From Malacoraja senta (taxonomy: Eukaryota): a stretch of 64,000 nt of DNA. Shown piece by piece: positions 37,158-52,399 of this stretch. The stretch is from positions 2,110,001-2,174,000 of the forward strand of contig CM075990.1 of assembly GCA_038087875.1 (NCBI GenBank), read 5' to 3'. The notes under the pieces are model-generated. The model was given only the letters and a program-made list of their open reading frames with translations. It searched no databases and was not told where the DNA came from. Position numbers and translations under genes: made by a program. Within the stretch, counting starts at the first letter, position 1, and each line of letters opens with the position of its first letter.

Positions 37158-40100
37158 ACAAAATATCCTGTACGTCATGGACATATTGTGCCAGAGGGCC
37201 TGTTCTTGTACTGTATGGTTCTATGTTATTTGATAGCTCAGAATCCATACAAACAGATGATTCTAACTGGCCCACTGCTGTATGCAAGAGTTGACATACA
37301 GAATAAGGTCCACACTACATCCTCGACACTCCCAGCCTGTGGGGCTGTCACTGCCTCACAGCGCCGGAGACCCAGGTTCGATCCTGACCTCAGGTGTTGG
37401 CTGTATGTGGTTTGCACATTCTACCTGTGACCACATGGGTTTTCTCCGGGTGCTCCGGTTTCCTCCCACATCTCAAAGACGTACGGGTTTGTAGGTTAAT
37501 TGGCCCTCTGTAAAATTGCCTCTTGTGTGTAGGGAGTGGATGAGACAGTGGGATACGAGTGTGAACGGGTGATCGATGGTCGGCGTGGACTCGGTGGGCC
37601 GAAGGGACAGTTTCCATGCTGTTACCTTCTCCCAGCTAACACTGATCTAGTATACATTTTCCTTGATCTCCATTCCTTTTGTCCTGTTTTCACACCTATT
37701 ACTTCCTTATCTATGTATCTCCCTCTCCCCTAACATCAGTCTGAAGAAGGGACTCGACCCAAAACATCACCTATTCCTTTCCTCCCGAGATGCCGCCTGA
37801 CGTGCTGAGTTAATGTAGAACTAGTGTGAGCGGGTGATTGATGGTCAGCATGGACCCAGCGGGCTGAAGGGCCTGTTTCCATGCTGTATCTCTGAACTCT
37901 CAGCTCAGATCCCTCTGAGGGCATTGATAATATCATCTGTTTTGACAACAACACTTATAATAGGTGAACAATTCTCTGAAACGTGAGGATCACAACTCCA
38001 GGATTTTGGATGGGCTCTCTGAAGTGTGTAGGAAGGAACTGCAGATGCTGGTTTAGACACAAAGTACTGGAGTAACTCAGCTGTAACTCAAGAGTCTGAA
38101 GAAGGGTCTCAACCCGAAACGTCACCCATTCCTTTTCTCCAGAGATGCTGCCTGACCCGCTGAGTTCCTACAGCAGTTTGTGTCTAATCGGAATTAATCT
38201 AACTGGGTTGCAATTACTCAGTTTATCCCTTCCACCCTATTTAAATATGACGTTAGGAATCATCTCATCCCTGGCATTATTCCTGCATCCAAGGAGAATT
38301 GGAAAATGATGGTCAGAGCTCCTGTAATTTCCTCCCTTGTATTTAGTAACAGCCTGCGTCTAGTTTAGTTTGGAGATACAGCTCAGAAACAGGCCCATCG
38401 AACCAGCAATCCCCGCACACTAACATTGTCCTACCAACACTAGGGGCAATTTACATTTATACCAAGATAATTAACCTACAAACATGTACGCCTTTCAAGT
38501 CAAGTCAAGTCACTTTTATTTCTATAGAACATTTAAAAAACAACTCTCGTTGACGAAAGTCTTTGGAGTGTGGGAGGAAATTGAAGATCTCGGAGAAAAC
38601 CCACGTGGTCATGGGGAGAACGTACAAACTCCGTACAGACAGCACCCGTAGTGGGGATCGAACCCGGGTCTCTGGCGCTGTGAGGCAATAACTCTACGGC
38701 TGCACCACCGTGCCACTACCATGTTAATGACTACTGCTTACAAAGATACAAACCCCTGATTGCTTCAACTCTTTGCGACATTTATCCCCTTCAATATCGA
38801 CGAGCTCCTGAACGACAAGACCAGCAACACCCTACTCCTCAGTGATGACACACACGTTCTGGACAGACACAATTTCAAAGGCCAGGATGTGGAGAGGATG
38901 TTTCCCCTCATGGGAGAGTCCAGGACCAGAGGGCACAGCATTAGAATAAAAGGACGTGCCTTTAGAATGGAGATGAGGAGAATTTTTTTTGCCAGAGGCT
39001 GGTGAAACTGTGGAATTCATTGCCACGTATGGCACCATGGCGTGGCTGAAAAGTTGCTGCCCTACAGCGCCAGAGAACCGGGTTCGATCCTGACCACGGG
39101 TGCTGTCTGTTTGTACGTTCTCCCTGTGACCTGCATGTGTTTAGTCTGGGTGCCTGTTTCCACATTGTATCTCTAAACTAAACAATGGAGGCCAAACCTT
39201 TGGGTTTTTTAAAACTGAAGATTGATACGTTCCTGGTTAGTACTGGTGTCAGGGGTTATGGGGAGAAGGTAGGAGAATGGGGCTCAGAGGGAAAGATAGA
39301 TCAGCCATGATTGAATGACAAAGAGAACTTGAGGAGCCGAATGGCCTAATTTTCTCCTATATCTTTTGATCGTAAATTATTTGCTTGAAATGTTCCCCAC
39401 CCCCACCACGCTCACACGCAGCACTCTCCCAGGCAATAAATAAAAACAGAACATTCTGCAAACACTCGGCAGGTCAGGCGGCATCTGTGGACAGAGAAGC
39501 AGTCAACATTTCAGTTCCCACATCTTTCATCAGAACTGGGGAAGAAAGGAAACCAGGAGATACAAGGAGGACGGCACGGTGGTGGAGTGGTAGAGTTGCT
39601 GCCTCACAGCGCCGGAGACCCGGGTTCGATCCTGACCACGGGTGCTGTCTGTATGGAGTTTGTACCACCCCCCCCGTGACGGCGTGGGGTTTTTCCGGGT
39701 GCTCCGGTTTCCTCCCACATTCCAAAGAATGGAGGTTAATTGGCTTCGGTAAAATTGTAAATTGTCCCTTGTGTGTCGGATAGTGCTAGTGTGTGGGGAT
39801 CGCTGGTTGGCGCGAACTCGGTGGGCTGAAGGGCGTGTTTCCACGCTGTATCTTTAGAGTCTAAAGTAAGGACTATGCCCTCTAGTCTCTGACATTTCCA
39901 TCCTGGGAAAAGGTTCTGACTGTCAGCCCTCTGTGGCTCTCATAATTGTATATATTTAGTTCACTTTTAGTTTAGTTTAGAGATACAGCGCAGAAACAGG
40001 CCATTCGGTCCATCACATCACCACTGACCAGCGATCCCCACACATTAACTCTACCACATACCAGGGACAATTTACATTTGTACCAAGCCTATGAACCTAC

Positions 40101-40529
40101 AAACCTGCACGTCTTTGGAGTGTGGGAGGGAAACCGAAGATCTCGGAGAAAAGCCACGCGGTCACAGGGAGAACGTACAAACTCCACACAGACAGCACCT
40201 GTAGTCAAGATCAAACCCGGGTCTCTGGCGCTGTGAGGCAGCAACTCTACCGCTGCGCCACCGTGCCGCTTTTCTATAAGGTCTCACGTAATCCAAACAT
40301 TTTTGTGCCATTTAATACAAACCCCTATATGTTTTATTTAAGGTAGTTACAGCCATGGAAAATATCTTCCGATTGCAATTTGTGAAACAATTAGGCATCC
40401 TACAAACATTCCCACCCCCTCACTCCACACTCCAATACTTTCAGCATTGATGACTAAGGGAAACAATTGCAGAAACTCTCTTAAGCTTGACACACAAAAC
40501 ATATCATTACACTGCAATGTAAGACCTCC

Positions 40530-40996
40530 GCTCGGTGAGACCAAGCGGAGGCTTGGCGATCGTTTCGCCGAACACCTCCGGTCGGTCCGCAATAACCAAC
40601 CTGACCTCCCGGTGGCTCAGCACTTCAACTCCCCCTCCCATTCCGTATCTGACCTCTCTGTCCTGGGTCTCCTCCATGGCCACAGCGAGCAACACCGTAA
40701 ATTGGAGGAAATGCACCTCATATTCCGCTTGGGCAGTCTACATCCTGGTGGCCTGAACATTGAATTCTCCCAATTCTGCTAGCCCTGGCTGTCCCCTCCC
40801 CTTCATCAGCCATCTGGTTGTCTCCTCCCCTCCCCCAACCCTCGGGCTCCTCCTCCGCCTTTTCCTTTTTTCCTTTCTTCTCCCCACCCCCTATCAGTCT
40901 GAAGAAGGGTTTCGGGCCCGAAACGTTACCTATTTCCTTCGCTCCATAGATGCTGCTGCACCCGCTGAGTTTCTCCAGCATTTTTTTGTGTACCTT
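40530..40996 (+). mobile_element. Penelope-like element 3' end (GIY-YIG endonuclease tail plus pLTR with hammerhead-like core)
   Basis: GETKRRLGDRFAEHLRSVRNNQPDLPVAQHFNSPSH...RKLEEMHLIFRLGSLHPGGLNIEF; CTGAAGAAGGGTTTCGGGCCCGAAACGTTAC at 40899-40929. Confidence 0.88.
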
Positions 40997-41027
40997 CCTT
41001 ACACTGCATATTCTTCAAAACCCTTGA

Positions 41028-41490
41028 TGGTTCAATGGTTTCTTTATTATCACGTGTACCAAGTTACAGTGAAATACTATTTCTTGCAGACAGCTGAGCG
41101 AGACTATCGCCGTACATTGTGCATTACATTACAGGATGTACAGAACAGCCCACTGAGTCCACATGCAAGAGGTGCCATGTTGGGGCCATTTCCCAGTCCC
41201 AGGTGTAGCCGGCCACAAAGGCCTGTTGCAGCCATCGCCTCCATTCTGGTCATCCCGTGAACCTTTGTCCCGGCCCTCTTCAGCCCTTGTTCCCCAGGAT
41301 GGGGGGCTCCCAAAGCCGACCGTGAGGCCACGGAAGGTAAGACCCCCCCCCCCCCCCGCGGATCCTCTCCCTTTGACCAGCGTCCACCATCGTCTCCCTC
41401 CATCCTCCTCTCCCCGGGTTCCTGGTTTAGCAGCGGGAGGGACGGGCCTGCCGTCGGGATGCGGCCGTGGATCACCGTGATTCCTGCCGT
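41028..41490 (-). mobile_element. Unclassified GC-rich non-autonomous retroposon with Rex/Babar-type 3' end
   Basis: 3' TGATAATAAA plus short repeat tail; GC-rich non-coding body; same plan as 52400-53100 and 62772-63160. Confidence 0.45.
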
Positions 41491-42440
41491 TTTGACGTCC
41501 AATAGTCCTCACAGTGACAAATAGTGTTTGTTCTCAGGACTCTTTCCAGCTGGTGTCGCACAGGGCGGTCATGGAAGCAGCTGCCCAAGGATAATCAGAG
41601 GCTATGGTCAAGGGGGAAAAGATTGAATAGAGATCTGAGGGGTAACGTTTTCACACAGAGGGTGGTGGGTGAATGGAACAAGCTGCTAGAGGAGGTAGTT
41701 GAGGCTGGGACTATCCCAACATTTGATAAACAGTTAGATCTGAACATGGATAGGACTGTTTGGAGGGATATGGACCAAGCGCAGGCAGGTGGGAATAGTG
41801 TAGATGGGACATGTTGGCCGATGCGGGCAGTGTGGGACGAAGGGCTTGTTTCCACACTGTATCACTCTACGACTCTAAGTTATATCAATGTTAACCTCAC
41901 TTCCCTTCCACATTCCCCACTCACAGTCTTACCTTTTGGTGGCCCCTTCCTGACGATTTCTTCAGCTGGCCGAAAGCTTGTCTCTGCAGTTCCCAGCTTT
42001 GCATTGAAAGGCAGTAGGATTGGGGGTGTGCAGTAAGAGCATTAAGCCAGCCCAATAATCCACTGTAGGCACAAGGAACTGCAGATGCTGGTTTACAAAA
42101 ACAAAGATACAAAGTGCTAGAGTAACGCAGCGTGTCAGGCAGCATCTATGGACAACACCGATAGGTGAGGTTTCGGGCCTGAAGAAGGGTCCCGTCCAGA
42201 AACGTCACCTACTCATGTCCTCCAGAGATACTTCAAGGGGATGTTTAAGAAGGAACTGCAGATGCTGGAATAATCGAAGGTAGACAAAAGTGCTGGAGAA
42301 ACTCAGCGGGTGCGGCAGCATCTATGCAGCGAAGGAAATAGGCAATGTTTCGGGCCGAAACCCTTCTTCAGACTTCAAGGGGATGTTTGTTAGGCAGAGA
42401 TTGCTAGATTCTTGATTAGTGTGGGTGTCAAGGGTTATGG

Positions 42441-43380
42441 ATGAATGAATGAATAAGTTTATTGGCCAAGTATGTACTTTTGCCTTGGTGCTCCGCTCGC
42501 AAGTAACACGACATACAGTATCAATTAAGAATAAAATAAAACATTAAAACATTAAGAATAAAACATTATAGTTTAAACATGTGAATGAAATCAAATACCA
42601 GAGCAAAAGGAGGCTACAGACTTTTGGTTATTGAGTAGAGCTACTGCTCGTGGGTAAAAACTGTTTTTATGTCTGGCTGTGGCAGCTTTGACAATCCGGA
42701 GTCGCCTTCCAGAGGGAAGTGATTCAAAGAGTTTGTGGCCAGGGTGAGAGGGGTCAGAGATAATCTTACCCGCTCGCTTCCTGGTCCTTGCAGTGTACAG
42801 TTCATCAATGGAGGGAAGGTTGCAGCCAATAACCTTCTCTGCTGATCGGACGATTCGCTGCAGCCTCCAGGTGTCGTGCTTGGTGGCTGAGCCAAACCAG
42901 ACCATGATGGAGAAGGTGAGGACAGACTCTACGATGGCCGTGTAGAAAATTGGACCATCGTTGCCTGTGGCAGATTGTGTTTTCTCAGCTGCCGCAGGAA
43001 GTACATCCTCTGTTGGGCCTTTTTGACTCGTGGAATTGATGGTGGCCCCCCCATTTAAGGTCCTTGGAGATGATGGTTCCAAGGAACTTAAAAGACTCCA
43101 CAGATGTGACTGTGGTGTTGTTGATGGTGAGTGGGGTGAGGGGAGGGGAGCTCTCCTAAAGTCTACAATCAATTCCACTGTCTTAAGAGCATTGAGCTCC
43201 AGGTTGTTGCGATGGCACCAGTCCGCCAGCTGTGACACTTCCTGTCTGTAGGCAGATTCCTCCCCATCCTGGATCAGTCCAATCAGGGTTGTGTCGTCCG
43301 CAAACTTGAGAAGCTTGACAGAGGTGTCCGTGGAGGTGCAGTCATTGGTGTAGAGAGAGTAGAGGAGAGGGGAGAGTACG
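42441..43380 (-). mobile_element. Rex1/Babar LINE, RT C-terminal part, (ATTC)n tail
   Basis: VLSPLLYSLYTNDC...KLLKFADDTTLIGLI...WCHRNNLELNALKTVELIVDFRR in ORF 42591..43415. Confidence 0.92.
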
Positions 43381-45761
43381 TAGCCTTTACTCTTCCAATT
43401 GAAAGCCGAGGACATTCCTTTAGATGAGGAGGAATTTCTTTAGTCAGAGGGTGGTGAATCTGTGGAATTCATTGCCACAGAGTGCTGCGGAGGCCAAGTC
43501 ATTGGGTATTTTTAAGGTTCAGATTGACAGGTTGACGTTCTTGATTAGTCAGGGGTTATGGGGTGAAGGCGGGAAAAATGGATCAGCATGATTGAACGGC
43601 AGAGTAGACATGATGGGCCGAATGGCCTTATTCTACTCCGAGAATGTATGAATATGAGGAACTATGAGTGAGTCACGTACACCAGCAAGAAGATGTTGCA
43701 TTGGCTCAGAATAAATCATGACAGTAGCACAAGGATAGTGAATTGCACAACATGGTTACGACATGCCTTGAGGAATGGGTACAGGAAGCTGAGTTACTCC
43801 AGTAGTTCACTCACTGTCTGCAATCAGAGTAGCCCCGTGGATACTGAATTGGTGTGAAGGATGGCAGGGTGGCACAGGGGTGGAGTTGCCACCTCAGAGC
43901 GCCAGAGACCCGGGTTCGATCCTGACCTCGGCTGCTGCCTGTGCGGAGTTTGCGTGTTCTCCCCGTGACCGCGTGGGTTTTCTCCGGGGTCTCGGGTTTC
44001 CTCCCACGCTCCATATTATACATTTACACGACCCTACACACACTAGGGAGAAGTTTACATTTGTACCAAGCCGACTAACATGCAAACCTGTACGTCTTTG
44101 GAGTGTGGGAGGAAACTGAAGAACTCGGAGAAAACCCACGCGGGTCACGGGGAGAACGTGCAAACTCCGTACAGACAGCGCCCGTAGTCGGGATCAAACC
44201 CGGGTCTCTGGCGCTGTGAGGCAGCAACTCCAACGCTGCGCCACTGTTGTTTAGAAACAGTAGATTGATGCATGCAGGTCGAGCTTTTGTTTCTTATTCT
44301 GCTATATGTTGTAAGTGAGTCATGCAACTTATTATACTGGTGGTAATGTCAGGATTTACTCTGGGCCGATGTATCATCTTTTTCCTGGCGTGTGTGACTC
44401 TCTCGTGGTTTCTCTGCCTCACTTCCCCATCCAAGCTCCTCGCTCTTCCAACTCCCATCCCTTTGAGCACCGTTCCATCTTTCCCCCTTGAAGTCGTTGC
44501 TTCCTTTCCATTTACTTGAACATGCTTGAGGAACAAACCCGCTGCGTTTGTGGCCAAGTCTAATGTTATCACTGCGTCTCAGCCTTTTCTTCATCAATTC
44601 CCAATATTTTTCACTTTGTTTTCAGTTTCTCTTGCCTGGAGCAGCGGGTAGAGCTGTTGCCTCACAGCGCCAGAGACCTGGGATTCCATCCTGACCTCGG
44701 GTGCTATCTGTGCGGAGTTTGCATGCTCTCCCTGTGATCGCGTGGGTTTCCTCCGGCTGCTCCGGTTGCCTCCCACACCCCAAAGAAAGACGGGTTCGCA
44801 GATAAATGGCCTCTAATTTGTAGGGAGTGGATGTGAAAGTGAATTAACATAGAACCAGTGTGATCGGGTGATCGATGGTCGGCATGGACTGGGTGGGCCG
44901 AAGGGCCTGTTTCCATGCTGTATCTCTAAACTAAACTCCACTGAACTGAACTAAACTAAACTAAACTTGACTAAACTGAACTGAACTAAGCTAAACTAAC
45001 TTTAATACTCATGCAAGCTTGAGTTTGGTCATTTTAATCCATTATCTCTTATGTGAAAATGGATTAAGCAAAAAACTAAACGAAACTGAACTAACCAACT
45101 ATAGTATTAGTGAAAATAAATTAAGAGAAAAACTAGACTAAAGAAAACTTATCTAAATTAAACTAAACTAGTACTCATGCAAGCTTGAGTTTGGCCATTT
45201 TAATCCATTTTCTGTTATTAGATACATTCTGGTCAGCTGGTCAGGGGGTGAACACTTTGATTCACGTTGTGGTCAGGAGATAATGGCTATGAACTTCGTG
45301 CAGTGCAGTGCTGAGTGAGTGCTGTATGTGGAAGCCACGCTCAAAGAGGAACCCAGCCACTGTGCCGCAAGGGTGTGGGACATCTCGTGTGTTACTTGAG
45401 GAAGAGCAGGAATGTCCTCACCACGACTGACCAACATCACAAACAAAAAACTCATTCGCGGTTAGTTGATGAGTTCATGTGATCGGAGCAGAATTAGGCC
45501 ATTCGGCCCATCAGGTCTACTCTGCCATTCAATCATGGAAGTTAGTGCAATCAACCGGCATCCAAAACACAACAGTGGCTAAGGTTCACTCTCTGAGCTT
45601 CGAGGTGGTGACATGTCCAGTTTGGGACATAAGACAACAAAACACTCTTGAGTTGTATTGCCTTATGTCCCAAAATGGAACAACTACATATTTATTGGCA
45701 GCAGCAGAACAGATATCTAAACATAGTATTCTCTAAAACCCACAATAAACAAAAAAAAGTT

Positions 45762-45981
<220 letters not shown>

Positions 45982-47579
45982 TTAAAAATATATATATTTA
46001 AATAGACAACAACAGTGCAAAGTACAAAATACTGCCCCCAAGTCAATGTAGTTCAGAGCTTATTTAGAAGTGGTAGTATTTGGTCTGATGGCTGTAGGGA
46101 AGTTGCTGTTCCTGAACCTGGACGTTACAGGTTTCGGGCTCCTGTACCTTCTTCCCGATGGCAGGGGTGAAATGAGAGACTGGCCAGGGTGGTGTGGGTC
46201 TCTGATGATGCTGGCTAGACTTATTCACCTTGGAGAAGGTTAGTGGGAGAGAGAACATGGAACATAGAACATACAACGATACAGCACAAGAAGAGTTCTT
46301 TCAGCCCACAACATGATGCCAAGACCATCTCTTATCGACCTGTGCATAACTCACATCTTCCCATTCCCTGCATATCTATGTGCCAATCCAAAAGTATTTT
46401 GAAAGCCACTAGCGTATCTGCCTCAACCACAACCCGGAGAAACCCCACGCATGTCACGGGGAGAATGTACAAACTCCGTACAGACTGCACTCGGAGTCAC
46501 GATCGAGCCCGGGTCTCTGGCGCTGTGAGGCAGCAACTCTACCGCTGTGCCACCATGCCGACATATTAAGTTAGGTGGCTAGGTGTCTTTGCTTGGTGTG
46601 TCCCAATGAGAGCTCATGTTGTTCCAAGTAGCAGGAGAATGGTGTTGATTAAAGCAGGGAAGTGGTAGAAACAAGAAACAGCATATGCTGGATTACAAAT
46701 AAGTACACAGAGTGCTGGAGTAACTCAGCAGGTCAGGCAGCATCTCTGGAGAACATTGAGAGGTGACGTTTCAAGTCGGGACCCTTCTTCAATCTGAAAA
46801 AGGGTCCCGACCAGAAATGTCACTTATCCATGTTCTCCAGAAATGCTGCCTGACCCGCTGAGTTACTCCAGCACTCTGTGAAACGTCACCTATCCATGTT
46901 CTCCACAGATGCTGCCTGACCCGCTGAGTTACTCCAGTACTTTTTGTTCTTCACTACAGAGAACTAGTGGCAACAAAGTGCTTTATTTGTGGTCAAAAAG
47001 ATGCATGTATGTACATCAATTAACAAATAAACTGCTTTTATTAACACGTTTTTCCATCAATATATCCTCCTTCTCGTTTTTTTAAACTTTAGTTTAGACA
47101 CAGCATGGAATCAGGCCCTTCGGCCCACCGAGTCCATGCCGACCAGTAATCCCGGTACAATAGTTTTAACCTACACACTAGAGAATTTACCAAAGCCAAT
47201 TAATCCACAATCCTGTACGTCTTTGGAATGTGGGAGGAAACCGGAGCACCCGGAGAAAACCCAGGTGGTCACAGGGATATTCTATGATATATGGTATATG
47301 GTATATGGACACACTGATCTGTTCTGTATTTATGCCTACAATATTCTGTTGTGCTGCAGCAAGCAAGAATTTCATTGTCCTATCTGGGACACATGACAAT
47401 AAACTCTCTTGACTTGAACGTACAAGCACCATACAGGCAATACCCGCAGTCAGGATCGAACCTGAGTCTCTGGCGCTGTAAGGCAGCTATTGGTCATTTG
47501 ACCTGAAACATCACCCATTGCTTCTCTCCAGAGATGCTGCCGGACCCGCTGAGTTACTCCAGCTTTGTGTCCATCTTCA

Positions 47580-47714
47580 AATGACGTCACACGCTCCAGA
47601 CGGCTGTGCGGACGCATGAAGTCGTGCGCGACCTTCGCGGGACCGTCGCGCCTCAACGCGACCACAAGGTCACATAATTAGCATGCCAAGGACACGTAAG
47701 TGGGACAGGGGCTT
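47580..47714. mobile_element. Harbinger-type MITE, right-end fragment
   Basis: Ends GTGGGACAGGGGCT followed by TTA, similar to the 3137-3624 TIR; CpG-rich. Confidence 0.55.
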
Positions 47715-47999
47715 TAAGCTCGGCCTACTGAGTGCAGCCTGATCCTCACTCTTAGCCGAGTCACAGCGGGCACCGCTTGCGAAAGGAGAACACGGGAAGC
47801 GTGTGTGGAATGTTTGGTTGTCAGCTGGGAGTTATTATCATCGCAACGGGAAATTCAGGAGAGGGTTGCCAAGCTCAGGAGCACTGCATCTTGCAGCCGG
47901 TCGTAATAGCCACGGCACCACTCCAGACACAGCCTGCTGCCAAAGGATTTTACAAACAGCAGCTTTAAGGCAACGACAACACCCCTCAGGGCTATAGAG

Positions 48000-48400
48000 T
48001 CACAGTCGGGAAACAGGCCCTTCAGCCCAACTTGCCCACACCGGCCAACATGTCCCAGCTACACTGGTCCCACCTGCCTGTGTTTGGTCCATATCCCTCT
48101 AAACCTGTCCTATCCATGTACCTGTCTAACTGTTTCTTAAATGTTGGGATAGTCCCTGCCTCAACTACCTCCTCTGGCAGCTCATTCCATTCACCCACCA
48201 CCCTCTGTGTGAAATATCTACCGCTCAGATTCCTATTAAATCTTTTCCCCTTCACCTTAAACCTGGTTCTCGATTCACCTCTGGGCAAGAGACTCTGTGC
48301 ATCTATCCGATCTATTCCTCTCATGATTTATACACCTCTGCAAGATCACCTCTCATCCTCCTTCGCTCCAAGGAATAGAGACCCAGGCTACTCAACCTTT
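48000..48400 (-). mobile_element. CR1 3' fragment
   Basis: ORF 48022..48324 MRGIDRIDAQSLLPRGESRTR...FTQRVVGEWNELPEEVVEAG. Confidence 0.88.
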
Positions 48401-48752
48401 TTCTGCAGTTCATACCTCGAGTCCTGGCCACTCTCAGGAGCTCCAAGGAGAACCAAAGAACAGGAAGACCAAGCGCTTTCCATTAAAGTAGAATCCTTGC
48501 ATGTTTCTGTTTTGTGCTTCATGGTAACGTTTAGTTTAGTTTTAGTTTAGAGTTTGGTTTAGAGATACTGCAGGGTTAGGCCATTCGGCCCATCATGACT
48601 ATTCTGACAATGAGGACATGATTGTTCTTTTAACCTCAGTGCCATCTGGTTTAGTTTAGTTTTAGTTTAGAGTTTAGTTTAGAGATACAGTGTGGAAACA
48701 GGCCCTTTGGCCCACCGAGTCCATGCTGACCAGCGATCCCCGCTCACACTGA

Positions 48753-49256
48753 GTCAAGTCACATTTATTTATATAGCACATTTAAAAACAACTCTCGTTG
48801 GCCAAAGTGCTTTACATTTGTTATAAGAATAGCATAAACAAACAAACTACATACATATATACATGTAGCCCTCGCTCAGAGGACGTCAGGAAAGGCTTGG
48901 GAGTATAGATACGTTTTTAGTCTTGACTTAAAAGGAGTCGATGGAGGGGGCAGTTCTGATGGGAAGGGGGATGCTGTTCCACAGTCTAGGAGCTGCAACC
49001 GCAAAGGCGCGGTCGCCCCTGAGCTTATGCCTAGACAGCAGGATATTCAGCAACCCCAAGTCGGCCGATCTGAGGGGCCTGGAGGTGGAGTGGTGGGTGA
49101 GAAGACTTTTAATGTAGGTGGGGGCAAGCCCATTGAGGGCTTTGTAGACATAGAGGAGGATCTTGAAATGTATACGGAACTGCACAGGGAGCCAGTGGAG
49201 AGATGCCAGGATCGGGGTGATGTGGTCCCTATTTCGGGTGCCCGTCAGGAGTCTCG
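48753..49256 (-). mobile_element. L2-clade LINE 3' fragment nested in an HE1 SINE
   Basis: QFRIHFKILLYVYKALNGLAPTYI...GDRAFAVAAPRLWNSIP; 3' GCTATATAAATAAATG plus (ACTTG)n tail. Confidence 0.9.
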
Positions 49257-50299
49257 CTGGTCACTAGTTCTATGTTATCCCATTTTGACATCCACTCCCC
49301 TACACACTAGGAGCAACTTTACAGAGGGCCAACTAACCTACGGATCCGCGTGTTTTAAGAGTTTAGTTTGAAGGTACAGTGTGGATACAGGCCCTTCGGC
49401 CCACCTGGTCCACGCTGACCAACAATCACCCGTGCACTAGTTCTATCCTACACACTAGGGACAATTTACAGAAGCCAATTAACCTGCAGACCTGCAGGTC
49501 TTTGGGATGTGGGAGGAAACTGGAGCACCCGGAGAAAACCCACACGGTCATAAGGAGAACGTGCAAACTCCGCAGAGTCAGCACCCGAGGTCAGGATCAA
49601 ACCCGGGTCTCTGGCGCTCTAATTCTGTTGTTTTCAAGATTGTTAGGCAAATAGATCACCCCCGTACACTAACACTATTCTACACTCGGGACAAGGGACA
49701 ATTTACAGAAGCCAATTAACCCTGCACGATCTTTGGGATTTATTGGGCTGGAGTAGCCAGACTAAATCCCAAAGATGTGCGGGTTTGTAGGTCAATTGGC
49801 CTCTGTAAATTCCTCCTTGTGTGTAGGGAGTGGATGAGAGAGTGGGACATCGTAGCATAGCATTGAACAAGGGTGAACGTGTGATCGATATGGACATGTT
49901 GGGCCAAAGGGCCTGTTTCCATGCAGTATCTGTAACCTCAGCAGCAACGTTGGCTAGAGACACCTTAACAAGGGGGGAATTAGTTCAGTATCTAATATGC
50001 CAAACTCACAATAGTTTTATATGTTTCAATGAGATCCTTTCACATTTTTAAAACTCAATAGACCATAATCATCCAGGGATTTATCGAGTTAATATTTGAT
50101 GCACTCTCTCTAGAGTACGGGCTTGTAGGCTAATTGTCCCTCTGTAAATTACCCATGGTGTGTAGGGAGTGGATGTGAAAATGGGATAACATAGAACTAG
50201 TGTGAAGGGATGACCGATGGACGACGCGGACTCGCTGGGCCGAAGGGCCTGTTTCCATGCTGTATCTCCAAGCGAAACCAACACAGCGTTGTCAGGGAG

Positions 50300-50601
50300 G
50301 TTTAGTTTAGTTTAGAGATACAGCGCGGAAGCAGGCCCTTCGGCCCAACGAGTCGATGCTGACCAGCGATCCCCGCACACTAGTTCCATCCTACACACAC
50401 TAGGGACAATTTACAATTATACTGAAGTCAATTAACCTTCAGAGCCACACGTCTTTGGAGTGTGGGAGGAAACCGGAGCACCCGGAGAAAACCCACGCAG
50501 GTCACGGGGAGAACGTACAAACTCCGTACTGACAGCACCCGAAGTCAGGATCGGACCTGGGTCTCTGGCGCTGTGAGGCAGCAACTCTACCGCTGTGCCA
50601 C
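50300..50601 (-). mobile_element. HE1-type V-SINE, near full length
   Basis: Reverse complement of the SINE consensus seen at 2772-3090. Confidence 0.9.
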
Positions 50602-52399
50602 TTGAAGCAGCGGATCATGTAGATCCTTTTGATGGTGGGGTGGTCAATACCCATGATGGACTGGGTAATATCCTCCCCTTTCTGCAGTCCCCATCGTTCC
50701 TGAGCACGGTGTGATACAACCAGTCAGTAAACTTTCCACCGCATACTTGTAAAAGTTCTATAAAGTACTTGGCAACATGGATTAAAATTCAAATCCTCTT
50801 TCCTCCCAGTTACGTTCATGCCAACTTTCAATGATCCAAATACAAAGATACCTAATCACCTCTGAACCAAAAATCTTCCATCCTTCAACATTTAAAAAAT
50901 ACTCTTGTTATTTTTTACTTTTCCCACAAAAAACAATGACCGCCCTTTTCACGTTAATCTCCCCGGTCCACTCCCACTCACCTTAACCCGTCCACACCTC
51001 TGACAGTTTCTTGCCTTCCTCTTAACAGGTCACACCGTGCGATCGTTTCGCTGAACACCTTTGCTCAATCCGCCTTGGCCTACGCAATCTCCAAACACTT
51101 TAGCTCCCCCTCCCATTCCCACTCGGACCTTTCTGTCCTGGGCTTCCTCCACTGTCAGAGTGAGGCCCAGCGCAGGAACAGCACCTTATATTTCGCTTGA
51201 GCAGCTTACGTTGATTTTTCTAATTTTATGTAACCTCTGCATTCCTTCCCTCCCCCACCCTAGTCATCCTGCCAGTTCCACTGTTTGCATCCACATATTC
51301 CTTTGTTATCACCTCTTCCACAGCCAACAATGGACCATTGTGGGCTCCACCTTCCCTTGGTCATCAGTGCCGGCTCTGATTTGTTCTGAACCTTTACATA
51401 CCTCTAGTTTCCATTCCCCCCGACTCTCATTCTGAAGAAGTGTCTCAACCCGAAACGTCACCACATTCCTTTTCTCCAGAGATGCTGCCTGACCCGCTGA
51501 GTTACTCCAACATTTTGTGTCTGTCTTTGGTGTAAACCAGCATCTGCAGTTCCTTCCGACACACTATGCCCAGTTTTGTATCACCAGAAAACCTGGAAGG
51601 ATTACATTTCCAATTCATTCATCCACATTCCAATCAGCTGTTGCCCGGTTCCCAATCCCTGACACCGTTCTGGTCAAGAGTGTTTTATTGTCATATGTCC
51701 CAGATAGAACAATTAGATTCTTACTTGTCGCAGCACAACACAATATGTAAACATAGTACACTGTAAACAATATCATAAACGAGAGAGAAAAAAGCTCTGT
51801 GTGTGTGTGTGTGTATATATGTAGATATACATACACATAAAAACAAACAATAACAGTGGAAAAAGACAAAACCAATGCCCCCAAGACTAGTTCGGAGCCT
51901 GTTTGGAGGTTGTCCTGTTTAATAACCTGATGGCTATAGGGAAGAATCTGCTCCTGAACCTAGACGTTGCAGTTTTCAGGCTCCTGTACCTTCTTCCCGA
52001 TGGCAGGGGTGAAATGAGAGTGTGGCCAGAGTGGTGTGGGTCTCTGATGATGCTGGCTGCCTTTTTGAGGCAGCGACTCCTATGGATCCCTTCGATGGTG
52101 GGGAGGTCAGTACCCGTGGTGGGACCGGGCAGTGTTCACCACCTTTTGCAGTCTTCTTCGCCACTGGGCGTTCGAGTTGCTGAACCAGTCCGTGATGCAA
52201 CCAGTCAATATGCTCTCCACTGTCCACCTGTAGACGTTCCTAGTAGAAGACACCCAACTTGAGAACGACTCTGCTTTCTGTCCATTAACCATTCCTCAAT
52301 TCACACTGGTGGATGATCTCACTCAGGTGCACTCATTTTATTTTGGCGCAGTGGCACCGGTTCGATCTTGACCTCAGGCACTGCTTGTGTGTGGAGTTT

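Noticed and set aside
45006..45210. 38-bp direct repeat TACTCATGCAAGCTTGAGTTTGG.CATTTTAATCCATT at 45006 and 45173
   Set aside because: Most simply a local slippage duplication within an expanded (CTAAA)n SINE tail
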